Virus record (IMG/VR): IMGVR_UViG_3300049440_000308
Location: 62,309-126,308 of that record
Reading direction: 5' to 3' (one strand)
DNA: 64,000 nucleotides
Source of the DNA: a virus
Part shown: positions 26,103-35,532 of the stretch, one piece after another
How the letters are laid out: every line of letters starts with the position of its first letter
How positions within the stretch are numbered: the stretch's first letter is position 1
The notes under the pieces: model-generated
Told to the model about the DNA's origin: nothing
Database searches by the model: none
What the model saw: only the letters and a program-made list of their open reading frames with translations
Position numbers and translations under genes: made by a program

Positions 26103-26327
26103 CTACCCGCGGCGGTTCGCGGGCGCGCTCGCCTCAAGCAGCGGCTGCCATCCGAGCCAGTCGACACCCTGGTAGCAGTAGGCGCACGGGGCGCACATCC
26201 CGCCGATGTCCGTAGCCTTCTCGGCCTTCTGGTGGCAGGCACCGGACACGGCGTGAGACTCCGGGCACGAGCAGGGGCGGCCGAGCAGGATGTCAAGGGC
26301 CGCGATCGCCTGCGCGGGATCGGTCAT
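26103..26327 (-). CDS. small Cys-rich protein
   Basis: CSC, CHQ and CAPCAYC motifs. Confidence 0.5.
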   Translation of the reverse strand: MTDPAQAIAALDILLGRPCSCPESHAVSGACHQKAEKATDIGGMCAPCAYCYQGVDWLGWQPLLEASAPANRRG

Positions 26328-26331
26328 GCCG

Positions 26332-26976
26332 TTACACCCGCCGCAGGGTGAACCCGGCGTCGGCGAGGCCGCCGATCAGGTCATCGCGGGTGAACGTGAC
26401 CGCGTTGCCGTCGCGGGTGCCGACCTCGACCCGGAACGCCGCCGGGTCGACGGGGATCATGATGAACTCGCAGTTCGCCCACCGGCAGACGTCGGCCGCC
26501 TTCGGCCCGTACTGGACGTACCAGGCGTGGTCGGTGGTCCGCTCGCAGGCTGCCGGGTCGAACGGGCCGTCGCCGGGATGGCTGTAAGGGCCGCGGAGGA
26601 ACTCCTCGTAGGCGGCGCGCTCCTGCTCGATCTCGGCCGCCCATTCCTCGTCGGTCTGCCACCACTCGGTCCGGTGGGCGACCAGGATGCCCATCGCCTT
26701 GATGCGGTCGTCCTCGTCGCGGCGGTAGAAGGTGCTGGTCTCGATCACGAGGTCGCCGGGCTGCGGGTCTTTCATCCGCTCCCACATCCGCTTGACGACG
26801 GGTGCCTGGTTGCCGACGAGCACCGCGTCGCGGAGACACTTCGCCGTGCCGCCCATCATCATCCTGCGGGGAATGGCCGCTTCTTCGAGGGACAGCAGGT
26901 CGTCGTCGCGGTCGGTGCCGGTGATGCCCTCGCGTGGCTGGGGGTAGGTTTGCGCGCCGTTGTTCATGCCGTCCAT
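26332..26976 (-). CDS. hypothetical protein
   Basis: GC3-rich, 214 codons; GATAAT immediately upstream. Confidence 0.65.
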   Translation of the reverse strand: MDGMNNGAQTYPQPREGITGTDRDDDLLSLEEAAIPRRMMMGGTAKCLRDAVLVGNQAPVVKRMWERMKDPQPGDLVIETSTFYRRDEDDRIKAMGILVAHRTEWWQTDEEWAAEIEQERAAYEEFLRGPYSHPGDGPFDPAACERTTDHAWYVQYGPKAADVCRWANCEFIMIPVDPAAFRVEVGTRDGNAVTFTRDDLIGGLADAGFTLRRV

Positions 26977-27075
26977 TATCCGGCACGGGCGCGTGAGAGG
27001 CCGGGCACGTGAAAGCGGCGCGCTAGCAGTGCCCGGCCCCCCTGTTCGTAGAGCGTAACGGGAAGACGCGACCGC

Positions 27076-27123
27076 CTGCACGTGCATCTGCACTGTGCAT
27101 CAGCGCGTGCATGAGGCTATGAT
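27076..27123 (+). promoter_or_regulatory. putative late promoter with TGCACGTGCATCTGCAC motif and TATGAT -10
   Basis: Motif 27077-27093; TATGAT 27118-27123, spacing like the site at 3980. Confidence 0.6.
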
Positions 27124-27162
27124 GCGGAATCAAAGGCGGCGGCGCGCTGGGGGAAGGAACCA

Positions 27163-28134
27163 GTGCCGGCGTCCCTTGACCTTGCCGCGCCGAAGCTCGG
27201 CAGCGGTGCCCGGTTCAAGAAGCTGTCCTCAACGCTCGCCGCCCGCGGTGCCAGCAACCCGGACGCCCTCGCCGCCTACATCGGCCGCAAGAAGTTCGGC
27301 GCCAAGGGCATGGGCCGCCTGTCCGCCGGCAAGTCCCTCGCGAACCCTGACCTCGGCATCTACCTGTCCGAGACAACGAAGGACAGCCAGGGCTTCACCC
27401 TCACGTGCCCCGAGTGCGGCCATGTTGCCCCCTCCGGCGACTTCGGCGCCTCCGGCACGAGCACCGACTCCAGGCCCGCCGACCTGCGTACTCCCGCCCC
27501 CAGCACAGGCGGAGTGCGTGACGGGGTGCCCCTCACCGTGAAGACCGGCGCCGCCCACGCCCTGTCCAGCACCCGCGCGGCGGTTGAGCTTGCCACCGGA
27601 ACCGTCCGCCGCCCCATCCACGGCCCCATGGACGTCCTGGTAAAGCGGGAACCGGATGGTACTGCCCTGCTGAGGCACCGCAACGGGGGAGCGGAGATCG
27701 CCCGCCTGCGCCGCACCGACGAGGGCAAGTGGGTCGCGTCCGTCAACGGCAGGGACCTCGCCCCCCGTGACCACCAGCGGACCGCCCTCATGGAAGCGGT
27801 CGGCCAGTGGAACGGGGCCGTCACCGCGGCCACCAGGCGGCAGGAAGCACCGTTGCAGCCGCCCCCGCAGCAGACGGAGCTGATGGCCGAGTACGGCATC
27901 CCCGCGATGCGCTCCGCCGGGTTCGCCACCCCCACCGCCGGGGTGGGCGACGGGCCGCGCGTGACCACCTCGGCCGCGGCGGGTGACAGTGACGGCGACA
28001 AGGACGCTCCCGGCGGGCTGAGCCCGAAGGCACTGGCGATCTACAAGAAGCTCCTCGCCAAGGGCTTCCCCGCCGCGCGGGCCCTCGCGTTCGCAAAGAA
28101 CAGCCAGAAGTTCGGCAAGCCGGCGGCCGCCTGA
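27163..28134 (+). CDS. modular head-associated protein
   Basis: SLDLAAPKLGSGARF...AAYIGRKKFG module, Zn-ribbon CPECG and C-terminal basic module. Confidence 0.75.
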   Translation: MPASLDLAAPKLGSGARFKKLSSTLAARGASNPDALAAYIGRKKFGAKGMGRLSAGKSLANPDLGIYLSETTKDSQGFTLTCPECGHVAPSGDFGASGTSTDSRPADLRTPAPSTGGVRDGVPLTVKTGAAHALSSTRAAVELATGTVRRPIHGPMDVLVKREPDGTALLRHRNGGAEIARLRRTDEGKWVASVNGRDLAPRDHQRTALMEAVGQWNGAVTAATRRQEAPLQPPPQQTELMAEYGIPAMRSAGFATPTAGVGDGPRVTTSAAAGDSDGDKDAPGGLSPKALAIYKKLLAKGFPAARALAFAKNSQKFGKPAAA

Positions 28135-28406
28135 TGGCCACGCTCACGCACACCTTCACGCGGGTCCACCTCACCGTCACGCCTGCCAACCCGTTCCTCG
28201 CCTGCCGGACGTGCCGTAAGCGCGTTGAGGCGTTCCACGACGACGAGTGCGGCTGCGACGAGAGCGGCGGCCCGCTGCTCCTGATGCCGTGCTTCCACCG
28301 CAGCGACTACGACGACCTGTGCCCGTCATGGGGCCCGGTCGACGGCTGCCGGTGCCTGGAGCACCTCGGCCACGTCCCGCACCCGGCAGAACTGCCGACC
28401 GCCTGA
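28134..28406 (+). CDS. Cys-rich hypothetical protein
   Basis: TGATG overlaps at both ends; CRTC, CGC and CRC. Confidence 0.6.
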   Translation: MATLTHTFTRVHLTVTPANPFLACRTCRKRVEAFHDDECGCDESGGPLLLMPCFHRSDYDDLCPSWGPVDGCRCLEHLGHVPHPAELPTA

Positions 28407-29758
28407 TGACCGCCGCGGTCCTCACCCCGTTCACCGCCGCGCAGGCGGTGGAGCTCGGCAACCGCCTGTGGCGCAAGAAGGTCCTGCCCATCGGCGACGT
28501 CGAATATAAGGGCCGCACCCTGCACTTCACCAGGGATTACCTCGGCCGCCTCGCCACGGCGTTCCAGAACCGCGCCTACGACCAGGTGCCGTTCCAGCTA
28601 GCCGACAAGGACAACAGCCACAGCAACGACCCGGAGCGGACCCGCGGCGAGGTGACCGCGATGGAGCTCGGCGACGACGGCCTTTACATCACCGCGCAGC
28701 TCACCGAGGACGGGGAGAAGGTCCTGGCGGCCAACCCGAAGCTCGGCGTCAGCGCCCGGATCGTGGAGGGCTACCAGCGGTCCGACGGCAAGTTCTTCGG
28801 CGAGGCCGTCCAGCACGTCCTCGGCACCCTCGACCCGAGGATTCCCGGGCTGGGCGCATGGCAGGCGATCGAGGCGGCGTCACCGGAGCCGGAGAGCGTC
28901 CTTGACCTGTCCGCGGAGTCGTTCACGGACCTCGCAGTCAAGCCCGGGGACAAGGCGTCACGGAAGGCCGCGAAGGCCGAGCGGAAGGCCGCCGCGAAGG
29001 CAGCGGAACAGCAGACAGAACCCGCTGGCAGTCCCGCCGGCGCCGACCCGGAAGGGGGCGCCGACATGGCGGACCTCACCCAAGAGCAGCGGGCACGGCT
29101 GGACAAGCTCCTCGCCCTGCCCGACGACGTACTTGACCGCCTCGCCGCAGGCGGAACCGTGGTCACCCCCGCCGAACTGGAGGCCCTCACCGCCCCCGGC
29201 AGCGAGGACGAGGACGACGACGCGGACGGCATCGCGGAGGAGATCGCCGCCATGTCGGACGAGGACCTCGCCGCGCTCGAGGCCGAGTTCAACGCCGAGA
29301 TCGCGGACACGGGCACCCCCGCGCCCGCCCGTGAGAGGGAGCCCGTGGCAGCTGGAATGAGCGCCGAAGCCCAGTTCGCCATCGACCTGGCGAACGCGAA
29401 GGCCGACGAGACCGCCCGCGAGCTCGCCGTCGTCACCGCGCGCCTCCGCGAGGAGGACTTCCAGGGGGAGAAGCGGCGCCTCGCCGACTCCGGGGTCCCC
29501 CCCTACATCACCGAGCTGGCCCGGCCGCTCCTCGAAGGCGCAGGCCACGCGGTGGAACTGAGCAACGGCAAGACAGTCGACGCGGGGGCGATCATGCGCC
29601 GGGTCCTGTCCGAGTACGCCCGCCAGGCCCGCCTCCTCGACCTCGGCGCCGAGCTCGGCAGCCCGATGGACGAGCCGGAGGACGCCGCCTACGAGCAGCA
29701 GGCCACCTCCCGGGAGGCCGTCGTGGCGAAGTTCAAGAGCATGACGGGCCTGCGGTAA
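28406..29758 (+). CDS. Mu-like prohead protease fused to scaffold
   Basis: N-terminal LWRKKVLPIG...SHSNDP...GLY...GVSARI...TLDPRIPGL, then acidic coiled-coil scaffold. Confidence 0.8.
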   Translation: MTAAVLTPFTAAQAVELGNRLWRKKVLPIGDVEYKGRTLHFTRDYLGRLATAFQNRAYDQVPFQLADKDNSHSNDPERTRGEVTAMELGDDGLYITAQLTEDGEKVLAANPKLGVSARIVEGYQRSDGKFFGEAVQHVLGTLDPRIPGLGAWQAIEAASPEPESVLDLSAESFTDLAVKPGDKASRKAAKAERKAAAKAAEQQTEPAGSPAGADPEGGADMADLTQEQRARLDKLLALPDDVLDRLAAGGTVVTPAELEALTAPGSEDEDDDADGIAEEIAAMSDEDLAALEAEFNAEIADTGTPAPAREREPVAAGMSAEAQFAIDLANAKADETARELAVVTARLREEDFQGEKRRLADSGVPPYITELARPLLEGAGHAVELSNGKTVDAGAIMRRVLSEYARQARLLDLGAELGSPMDEPEDAAYEQQATSREAVVAKFKSMTGLR

Positions 29759-29798
29759 TGGCCCGCCCTAGCAACCGAGACCAGGAGGGGGCCCGCAC

Positions 29799-30296
29799 GT
29801 GACCGCGGTCCTAGCGCACTACACCAAAGGCCCGGCCAGCTACCAGGTCTCCACCCTCATCTACGGCGGCCAGTGGGTCATGCCGACCACCCTGACCGCC
29901 GGAACCACCGACCTGACCGTGAAGGTCGCCACGAGCGCGACCGTGAACGCCCTCGGGGTCGCGGGCACTGACGCGAACGTGGTCGCCGCCCAGACGGGCG
30001 CCGTCAACAGCTACGGGCAGCCGCTGATCGACATCTCGGTGCTGACCGACTACGCGAGCGTCTACGCGGGCGGCTGGGACATCTGGTGCTGGTACGTGGG
30101 GGCGGCGATCCTCGGCCAGCGGCTGATCATCGGCGCGACCGGCGGCGCCGTCACCGGGGCCGGCGCCGGGCCTGCCGCGGACCAGGTGGTGGGCGTCTGC
30201 TCCCACCCGGGCGGCGTCTCAACCGGGATGCTCACCCAGCAGATCGGGGGCTCGGGAAGCGCCGTCTACTTCCTGGGCCGGGCCCGGGTCCTTTAG
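29799..30296 (+). CDS. capsid decoration/cement protein
   Basis: Position between scaffold and capsid; Ala/Gly-rich beta-tulip-like composition; GGAGG SD. Confidence 0.7.
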   Translation: MTAVLAHYTKGPASYQVSTLIYGGQWVMPTTLTAGTTDLTVKVATSATVNALGVAGTDANVVAAQTGAVNSYGQPLIDISVLTDYASVYAGGWDIWCWYVGAAILGQRLIIGATGGAVTGAGAGPAADQVVGVCSHPGGVSTGMLTQQIGGSGSAVYFLGRARVL

Positions 30297-30308
30297 GAGG
30301 AACGGCAG

Positions 30309-31220
30309 ATGCCCACTGGCGCAAGAGGTTACAGCGACTCACCGCGGCTTACCGTCTCCGAGCTGCTGAAGGACCCGCTGGTCATCCCGGCCTTGATCCT
30401 GGATATCACCGCCAACGAGTTCATCATGGACAGCGTGTTGCGGATGGGCGGGGCGGCCCCGTCCGGCGCGGTCCGCTACTCGGAGAGCACCCCGCTGTAC
30501 GCGGACGACTTCCCAGAGATCCGGGCCGAGTTCGCCGAGGTGCCCGTCGTGCCGACGTCCATCGGCGTGCCCCGCGTCGTGTTCTCCCACGAGCGGGCCA
30601 TGGCGATCATGGTCAGCGACGAGATGCGGCGCCGTCAGGCCATCGATCCTGTAACCAGGCAGCTACTCCAAGTCAAAAACACGATGGTCTATAGCTGGAA
30701 TACGGCATTTTATTCGGCTGTCGTGGCCAATGCCAGTATCCAGACGCTCGCAGTAGCGAATGCGTGGGCCTCAGCTTCGGCGACGATCCGCAGCGACATC
30801 GCCCAGGCCGTGTACCTGGTCGAGAACAGCAACATCGTCAGCCCGTCCGGCGTCACCCAGTGGCTCGGCTTCGAGGCCGACACGATGATCATCAACCACG
30901 GGACGAAGAACACGCTCCTGCAGTCGAGCACGTTCGCCGCGCCCTACATCGGCGACATCGCCAGCGAGAACCTGCAGTACACGGGCGTGCTGCCGAACAA
31001 GGTGTTCAACCTTGACGTGCTGGTCTCGCGTCAGGTGCCCGCGGGCAACGCGATCATCATGCAGCGGCACCGGGCCGGCTTCTACGCCGATGAACTGCCC
31101 TTCATCGCCGGGCCGCTTTATCGGAGCGAGGAAAGAAAGGTCTGGAGGAGCGACACCCAGAGGTCATCGGCAATCGGGCTTGACCAGCCGTTGGCCGTTG
31201 CCCTCCTGAGCGGCGTCTAG
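30309..31220 (+). CDS. major capsid protein (HK97 fold)
   Basis: AGGAGG SD; RAEFAEVP, ADTMIINHG and LVSRQVPAGNAIIM; size and position. Confidence 0.85.
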   Translation: MPTGARGYSDSPRLTVSELLKDPLVIPALILDITANEFIMDSVLRMGGAAPSGAVRYSESTPLYADDFPEIRAEFAEVPVVPTSIGVPRVVFSHERAMAIMVSDEMRRRQAIDPVTRQLLQVKNTMVYSWNTAFYSAVVANASIQTLAVANAWASASATIRSDIAQAVYLVENSNIVSPSGVTQWLGFEADTMIINHGTKNTLLQSSTFAAPYIGDIASENLQYTGVLPNKVFNLDVLVSRQVPAGNAIIMQRHRAGFYADELPFIAGPLYRSEERKVWRSDTQRSSAIGLDQPLAVALLSGV

Positions 31221-31223
31221 CTG

Positions 31224-31781
31224 ATGACGGAGACTGCCGAGCAGGCCCGTCCGCTCACCGAGGACGAGAAGAAGGTCCTCCGCGACCTGATGACCCGGGA
31301 GAACGCCTGGTCCACCCCTGCGACCAGGGTCGGCACCCCGCATGAGGCGCTGGTCAACCTGTCGGTGCCGCGCCGTGGCGACAGGGACCGCAACTGCGAC
31401 CTGGTGATGGCCGGGGAGACGGTCTACCTCACCGACGAGGAGGCCCGCCAGTTCAACCGGCGCGGCTCCCGTGACGGCCGGCAGGTCGACGTGGTCCGGA
31501 AGCTGTCCGGGCCGGACGGCTCCCGTGAGCCGCTGCCGCGGGTGCTGCCCCGTCATGTCTCCGGCCGGCTGTTCCGCCCCCCGCCCCCGCCGCCGGGCTC
31601 GGAGATGGCCCGCCCCGACCCCGAGGGCTCCTCCCAGGTTCAGGTCATCGAGGACGGCCGCGCCCCCGAAACCGAGGGCGCGATGAGCGCGAGCCCCTCG
31701 GAGATGGCCGACAACCTCAGTTCCGCCCCCGCGGTCGACGCCCTTGACCTGCCCCCGCGCGGCCGGGCGAGAGGCAGGTAA
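31224..31781 (+). CDS. hypothetical virion-associated protein
   Basis: Directly follows capsid; GC3-rich. Confidence 0.65.
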   Translation: MTETAEQARPLTEDEKKVLRDLMTRENAWSTPATRVGTPHEALVNLSVPRRGDRDRNCDLVMAGETVYLTDEEARQFNRRGSRDGRQVDVVRKLSGPDGSREPLPRVLPRHVSGRLFRPPPPPPGSEMARPDPEGSSQVQVIEDGRAPETEGAMSASPSEMADNLSSAPAVDALDLPPRGRARGR

Positions 31782-31784
31782 CCG

Positions 31785-32414
31785 ATGCCTGTCACCGGCG
31801 CCCAGGTCATGCCGGCGGAGATACCGCAACTGCGGTGCCCCCGCTGCTGGGCCGTGCGCCCGTTCATCCCGTCCGCGTCGCTGACATGGCGCTGCACCGG
31901 GTGCGAGTGGCCGTGGTCCCTCGCTGCCCCCACCGTTGCCGCCCCCGCGATCCCGACGTCGGGAACCGCGACCACCAACCTGGTCGCGAACTCCACGGGC
32001 ACGGTGGTGGACGTCAACGTGATCGCCGGGACCGTCACCAAGGTTTACGTCAACGGCGCCGACACCGGGCAGACGTCCGGTCACGTGTACGTCCCCGTCG
32101 GGGGGACGGTCAGCATCACCTACTCGGTTGCGCCGACGTGGACGTGGGCGCTGCCGGTCACCAACGCGGGGGTCACCGCGGGGGGGACGGCGCTGCCGTT
32201 CGCCGCCTGGGGGACCGCGTTCACCCGCGGCCAGGTCCTCATCGCCGACCCCGCCGGGGCCTCCGACGTGGTGACCGTCTCCGGTACCCCGACGGGGACG
32301 AGCGTGCCGGTGAACAGCCTGGGGGCGGCGCACAACTCCGGCGTGAGCGTCACCGTCGCGGTCCTGGCCCCGTACCTGTCCTCCGTTGAGGCCGTGCCTG
32401 TTACCGCTTACTGA
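31785..32414 (+). CDS. Zn-ribbon plus beta-rich hypothetical protein
   Basis: CPRC..CTGC then a Thr/Val-rich domain. Confidence 0.7.
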   Translation: MPVTGAQVMPAEIPQLRCPRCWAVRPFIPSASLTWRCTGCEWPWSLAAPTVAAPAIPTSGTATTNLVANSTGTVVDVNVIAGTVTKVYVNGADTGQTSGHVYVPVGGTVSITYSVAPTWTWALPVTNAGVTAGGTALPFAAWGTAFTRGQVLIADPAGASDVVTVSGTPTGTSVPVNSLGAAHNSGVSVTVAVLAPYLSSVEAVPVTAY

Positions 32415-32438
32415 CCCCGGAAGGAGGCGACCCGCAGC

Positions 32439-33119
32439 ATGGAACCGTACTTCGCCGATGACCTCGTGACGTTGTTTCTCGGTGACTGCCGTGAGGTCGC
32501 CGAGTGGCTTGAAGCGGACGTGCTGGTCACCGACCCGCCGTACGGTCGCGGGTGGGGTCAGCACGGAACAGCAGTACGCCGGGGCTGGCGTGACGACTCT
32601 CATCCCGGAATCGCCAACGACACTGACACGTCTGCCCGCGACGGCGCGCTGGCGGCATGGGGCAGTGACAGGCCGGGGCTGGTGTTCGGCGACCTCCTGT
32701 CGGTGCCGCCCGGCGCAAAGCAGGCGCTCGTCTACGACAAGGGCGTGCAAGCGGCGTTTATGGGAGCGCTCGCCGGCTTCCGACGCAACGCCGAGGCTGT
32801 CTACATCATCGGGCGCGGATGGCCGACAGGACTTGGCGGCAGGTCGTGCGTCATCACCACCAGCGGCCCGGTCGGCGGCAACCTGACGCGCCGCTACGGC
32901 CACCCCCATGTCAAGCCGGTCGACGTGATGGAGACGCTGATCGCCGCGTGCCCGCCGGGCGTGATCGCCGACCCGTTCGCTGGCTCAGGGTCAACGCTGG
33001 TCGCCGCCCGGAACCTCGGGCGCCGCGCGATCGGCGTGGAGGTTGACGAGCGGTACTGCGAGCGTGCCGCTAACCGCCTGTCTCAGGGTGTCCTTGACCT
33101 TGCGGGGGCGATCGCATGA
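32439..33119 (+). CDS. DNA methyltransferase (N4/N6, beta class)
   Basis: VTDPPY, HPHVKP, DPFAGSGSTL and GVEVDERYC. Confidence 0.9.
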   Translation: MEPYFADDLVTLFLGDCREVAEWLEADVLVTDPPYGRGWGQHGTAVRRGWRDDSHPGIANDTDTSARDGALAAWGSDRPGLVFGDLLSVPPGAKQALVYDKGVQAAFMGALAGFRRNAEAVYIIGRGWPTGLGGRSCVITTSGPVGGNLTRRYGHPHVKPVDVMETLIAACPPGVIADPFAGSGSTLVAARNLGRRAIGVEVDERYCERAANRLSQGVLDLAGAIA

Positions 33120-33736
33120 CGTTCGGCCGCTACGTGCTGACCGCCAATGTCACCGTCCCCGCGGGCACCGCCGGGTTCTCCGCGGGGGGCCCGGGGGTCA
33201 CCACGACCGCGGTCACCTCCGCGGCACCTGCAGGGGGAACGACGGTCACCTCGCAGGCCGCGGGCCCCGGCTCGGTCCTCCTGTCGTGGACGGTCGCCCT
33301 GCAGACCGCCGCCGCCGCGGGCGACGTGAACAACTTCGGCCTCTACAACGGGGCGGTCCTGCTCGCCACGTCGGTGAACACGGGCACGGTCGCCAGTTTC
33401 CCGCAGGCCGCCGCCGTCACCTACCTGGAGGCCGCCGCCACGGTGGTGAGCGTCAAGAACATCGGCAACGGCACCGCCGGGAGCGTCTACTCGGCCACCC
33501 TCACCCTCACCCCGGCAACGACCGGGGGCGCCAACGGGACCGCCGGGTGGACCGGGGCGGGATCGCCCGCGGCATGGTCGGCGGGCCCGTTCCCCGTGAC
33601 GTTCCTCGCCGGGACGCCGCTGTACCTGGACACCGCCGGGGCCCTGTACGCGGCTCTCGGGGCCGCGAGCCTCCGGGCGTGGATAGACGGAACCGACGGC
33701 CAGCCCCACGGCAAGTGGGGGGCGCTGAGCAACTTA
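33116..33736 (+). CDS. beta-rich structural protein; probable functional end at ...GALSN-TTA (formal ORF runs to 34051)
   Basis: ATGA overlap; C-terminus matches the xSN*/xTN* ends of the next two genes. Confidence 0.6.
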
Positions 33737-33749
33737 TGGGAGCGATACC

Positions 33750-34379
33750 GTGATCATCCAGCCGGCAGTACCCGCGACCAGCGCGGCCGGGACCACGAAC
33801 TTTGTGGCAAATCCCACCTCGAACACCGCCTACGTGACGGTGGGCGCGAACGGCGCCACCATGGCCAACTACTGGGTGTCGGCCGTCTCCGTGGCCACGT
33901 CGGCGACCGGGTTCATGATGACGGTCCCTCCTGGCGGCACCGCGGCGCTGCAGTACACGGTCGCGACCCCCGTCTGGTACTGGAGCGAGTGCACCCCCGC
34001 CCTGCCCGCCAGCACCGTCGCAGCGGTCAACACGACCGGCCGGGACCTTGACGTGATCTTCACCGGCGGCGGGTCCGTCTCCGCGGTCACCATCAACGGG
34101 CTGACCACCAACATCACCCAGGCCCCCACCATGAACACGGGGGCCGTCCCGCTGACCTCCGGGGCCACCATCGCCGTCACCTACACCGGCACCGTCTGCT
34201 GGGCGTGGCTCGACCCGATCTGCATGGTGTCGGTGGGGCACTCCGACGCCAGCAACTACGCGGCGTCCAACACGGTCGCGCCCACCGGGGCCAACGGGTT
34301 CAGCCCCCTCAACACCCTCCCCTACGCGGTGCACGCGGCCACCGGGGCGACCGGCTTCGCGGTGGGCGTGAGCAACTAG
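33750..34379 (+). CDS. Thr/Ala-rich structural protein with an internal repeat
   Basis: GGGAG SD; two ...GxTxAxxYTxxxxxW repeats; ends GVSN*. Confidence 0.7.
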   Translation: MIIQPAVPATSAAGTTNFVANPTSNTAYVTVGANGATMANYWVSAVSVATSATGFMMTVPPGGTAALQYTVATPVWYWSECTPALPASTVAAVNTTGRDLDVIFTGGGSVSAVTINGLTTNITQAPTMNTGAVPLTSGATIAVTYTGTVCWAWLDPICMVSVGHSDASNYAASNTVAPTGANGFSPLNTLPYAVHAATGATGFAVGVSN

Positions 34380-34381
34380 CC

Positions 34382-34609
34382 ATGAGCCAGTTCCCGCAGC
34401 GGATCCTCTCCGACGTGAGCGTCACCTGGGACAAGCACGCCTCCGGCGTCCCGCTGACCACGTTCGTCCGCCGCGGGACCGTCGCCGACCTCATCCCCGG
34501 CTCTGCCCTGTCGCTGGCTTACGGGGGACCGGGGAACCTCTCCGGGGTCATCCCAGTCAGCCAGCGGGGCAACGAGCAGTGCTGCTCGAAAGCGTGCGTG
34601 ACGAATTGA
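34382..34609 (+). CDS. small hypothetical protein
   Basis: RILSDVSVTWD...RRGTVADL; ends VTN*. Confidence 0.6.
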   Translation: MSQFPQRILSDVSVTWDKHASGVPLTTFVRRGTVADLIPGSALSLAYGGPGNLSGVIPVSQRGNEQCCSKACVTN

Positions 34610-34788
34610 GCGCCCCGAAGACGGTCACGGTCATCGACCTCACCGGGATGCCCCGCACCTTCCGGGCGGACGTATTCGACGTCGACGAGAACGGCTACCT
34701 GATCCTGCGCGAGGGCGGGACGGTGGTCGCCCGGTTCTCCCCGGCGGCCTGGCACGGGGTTTACGGCGCCGAGGCGGTGACCGCCTGA
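34606..34788 (+). CDS. small hypothetical protein
   Basis: TTGA overlap; DVDENGYLILR..VARFSP..W.GV. Confidence 0.55.
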   Translation: MSAPKTVTVIDLTGMPRTFRADVFDVDENGYLILREGGTVVARFSPAAWHGVYGAEAVTA

Positions 34789-35141
34789 TGAGCGCTCGCA
34801 TCGTGACGGAAACCCGGCACATCCTGTGGGACGGGGTTACCCAGCGCCTCCGCAAGGGCCAGGTGATCGACGTGCCCCCGGGCGGCGCGCTCGAGCGGGA
34901 GATCGGCGCTGAGTACCTGGTGCCGATGCCCGGGACGGTGCAGCCGGCGGCGGAAGAGGCGGCGGTAGCGGAAGAGACCGCCCCGCCAGCGGAGGAAACG
35001 GCGGTACGCGGCGGAGGCGGAGGCGAGTACGCGGGCACCGCCGCGTCCAGCGGGCCGCAGGTAACCAGGATCGTGCCGTCCCGGTCCCGCACTGTCGGGA
35101 AAAAGCAGGACGACGGCAAGAAGCAGGACGGCAAGCCGTGA
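34788..35141 (+). CDS. hypothetical protein
   Basis: TGATG overlap; RKGQVIDVP is similar to 34382. Confidence 0.6.
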   Translation: MSARIVTETRHILWDGVTQRLRKGQVIDVPPGGALEREIGAEYLVPMPGTVQPAAEEAAVAEETAPPAEETAVRGGGGGEYAGTAASSGPQVTRIVPSRSRTVGKKQDDGKKQDGKP

Positions 35142-35332
35142 CCGCCCCCGGCCAGCCGCAGGCCGTCGTCGTAGCCCCGTACTCGCTGCGCCGCATCCTC
35201 CTCGTGACCGGGACCGGGCTGTTCGTCCTCGCGTCGCTCGCGGCCGGGGGAGACACCATCGGGAGCATCCCCGCGTGGACGTGGGGGTTCGGCGGGTTCG
35301 CTGCCTGGGTGCTATCGGGGGCGGTGCCGTGA
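35138..35332 (+). CDS. small two-TM membrane protein (holin-like)
   Basis: Two hydrophobic stretches. Confidence 0.55.
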   Translation: MTAPGQPQAVVVAPYSLRRILLVTGTGLFVLASLAAGGDTIGSIPAWTWGFGGFAAWVLSGAVP

Positions 35333-35532
35333 CCACGCCCATGACGCCGACATGGCCCTGTAGCCGGCCGTGCGCGAGAGCCGGCGAGACGTGCGACCGC
35401 AGCAGCCCGGACGGGACGTGCAGGCCGGCGGCCCTCCGCTTCTTCGGTGCGCACTCCCTCGGACTGTCCGTTGAGCAGTGGGATGAGCGGCTGGCTCTCC
35501 TTCGCGGAGCGGCGGGGGCGGTGACCGCATGA
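35329..35532 (+). CDS. small Cys-containing protein
   Basis: GTGA/ATGA overlaps. Confidence 0.45.
   Translation: MTTPMTPTWPCSRPCARAGETCDRSSPDGTCRPAALRFFGAHSLGLSVEQWDERLALLRGAAGAVTA

Noticed and set aside
32759-33744. TTATGGGAGCG shared between 32759 and 33734
   Set aside because: A single 11-mer pair in different contexts and frames; chance is sufficient.
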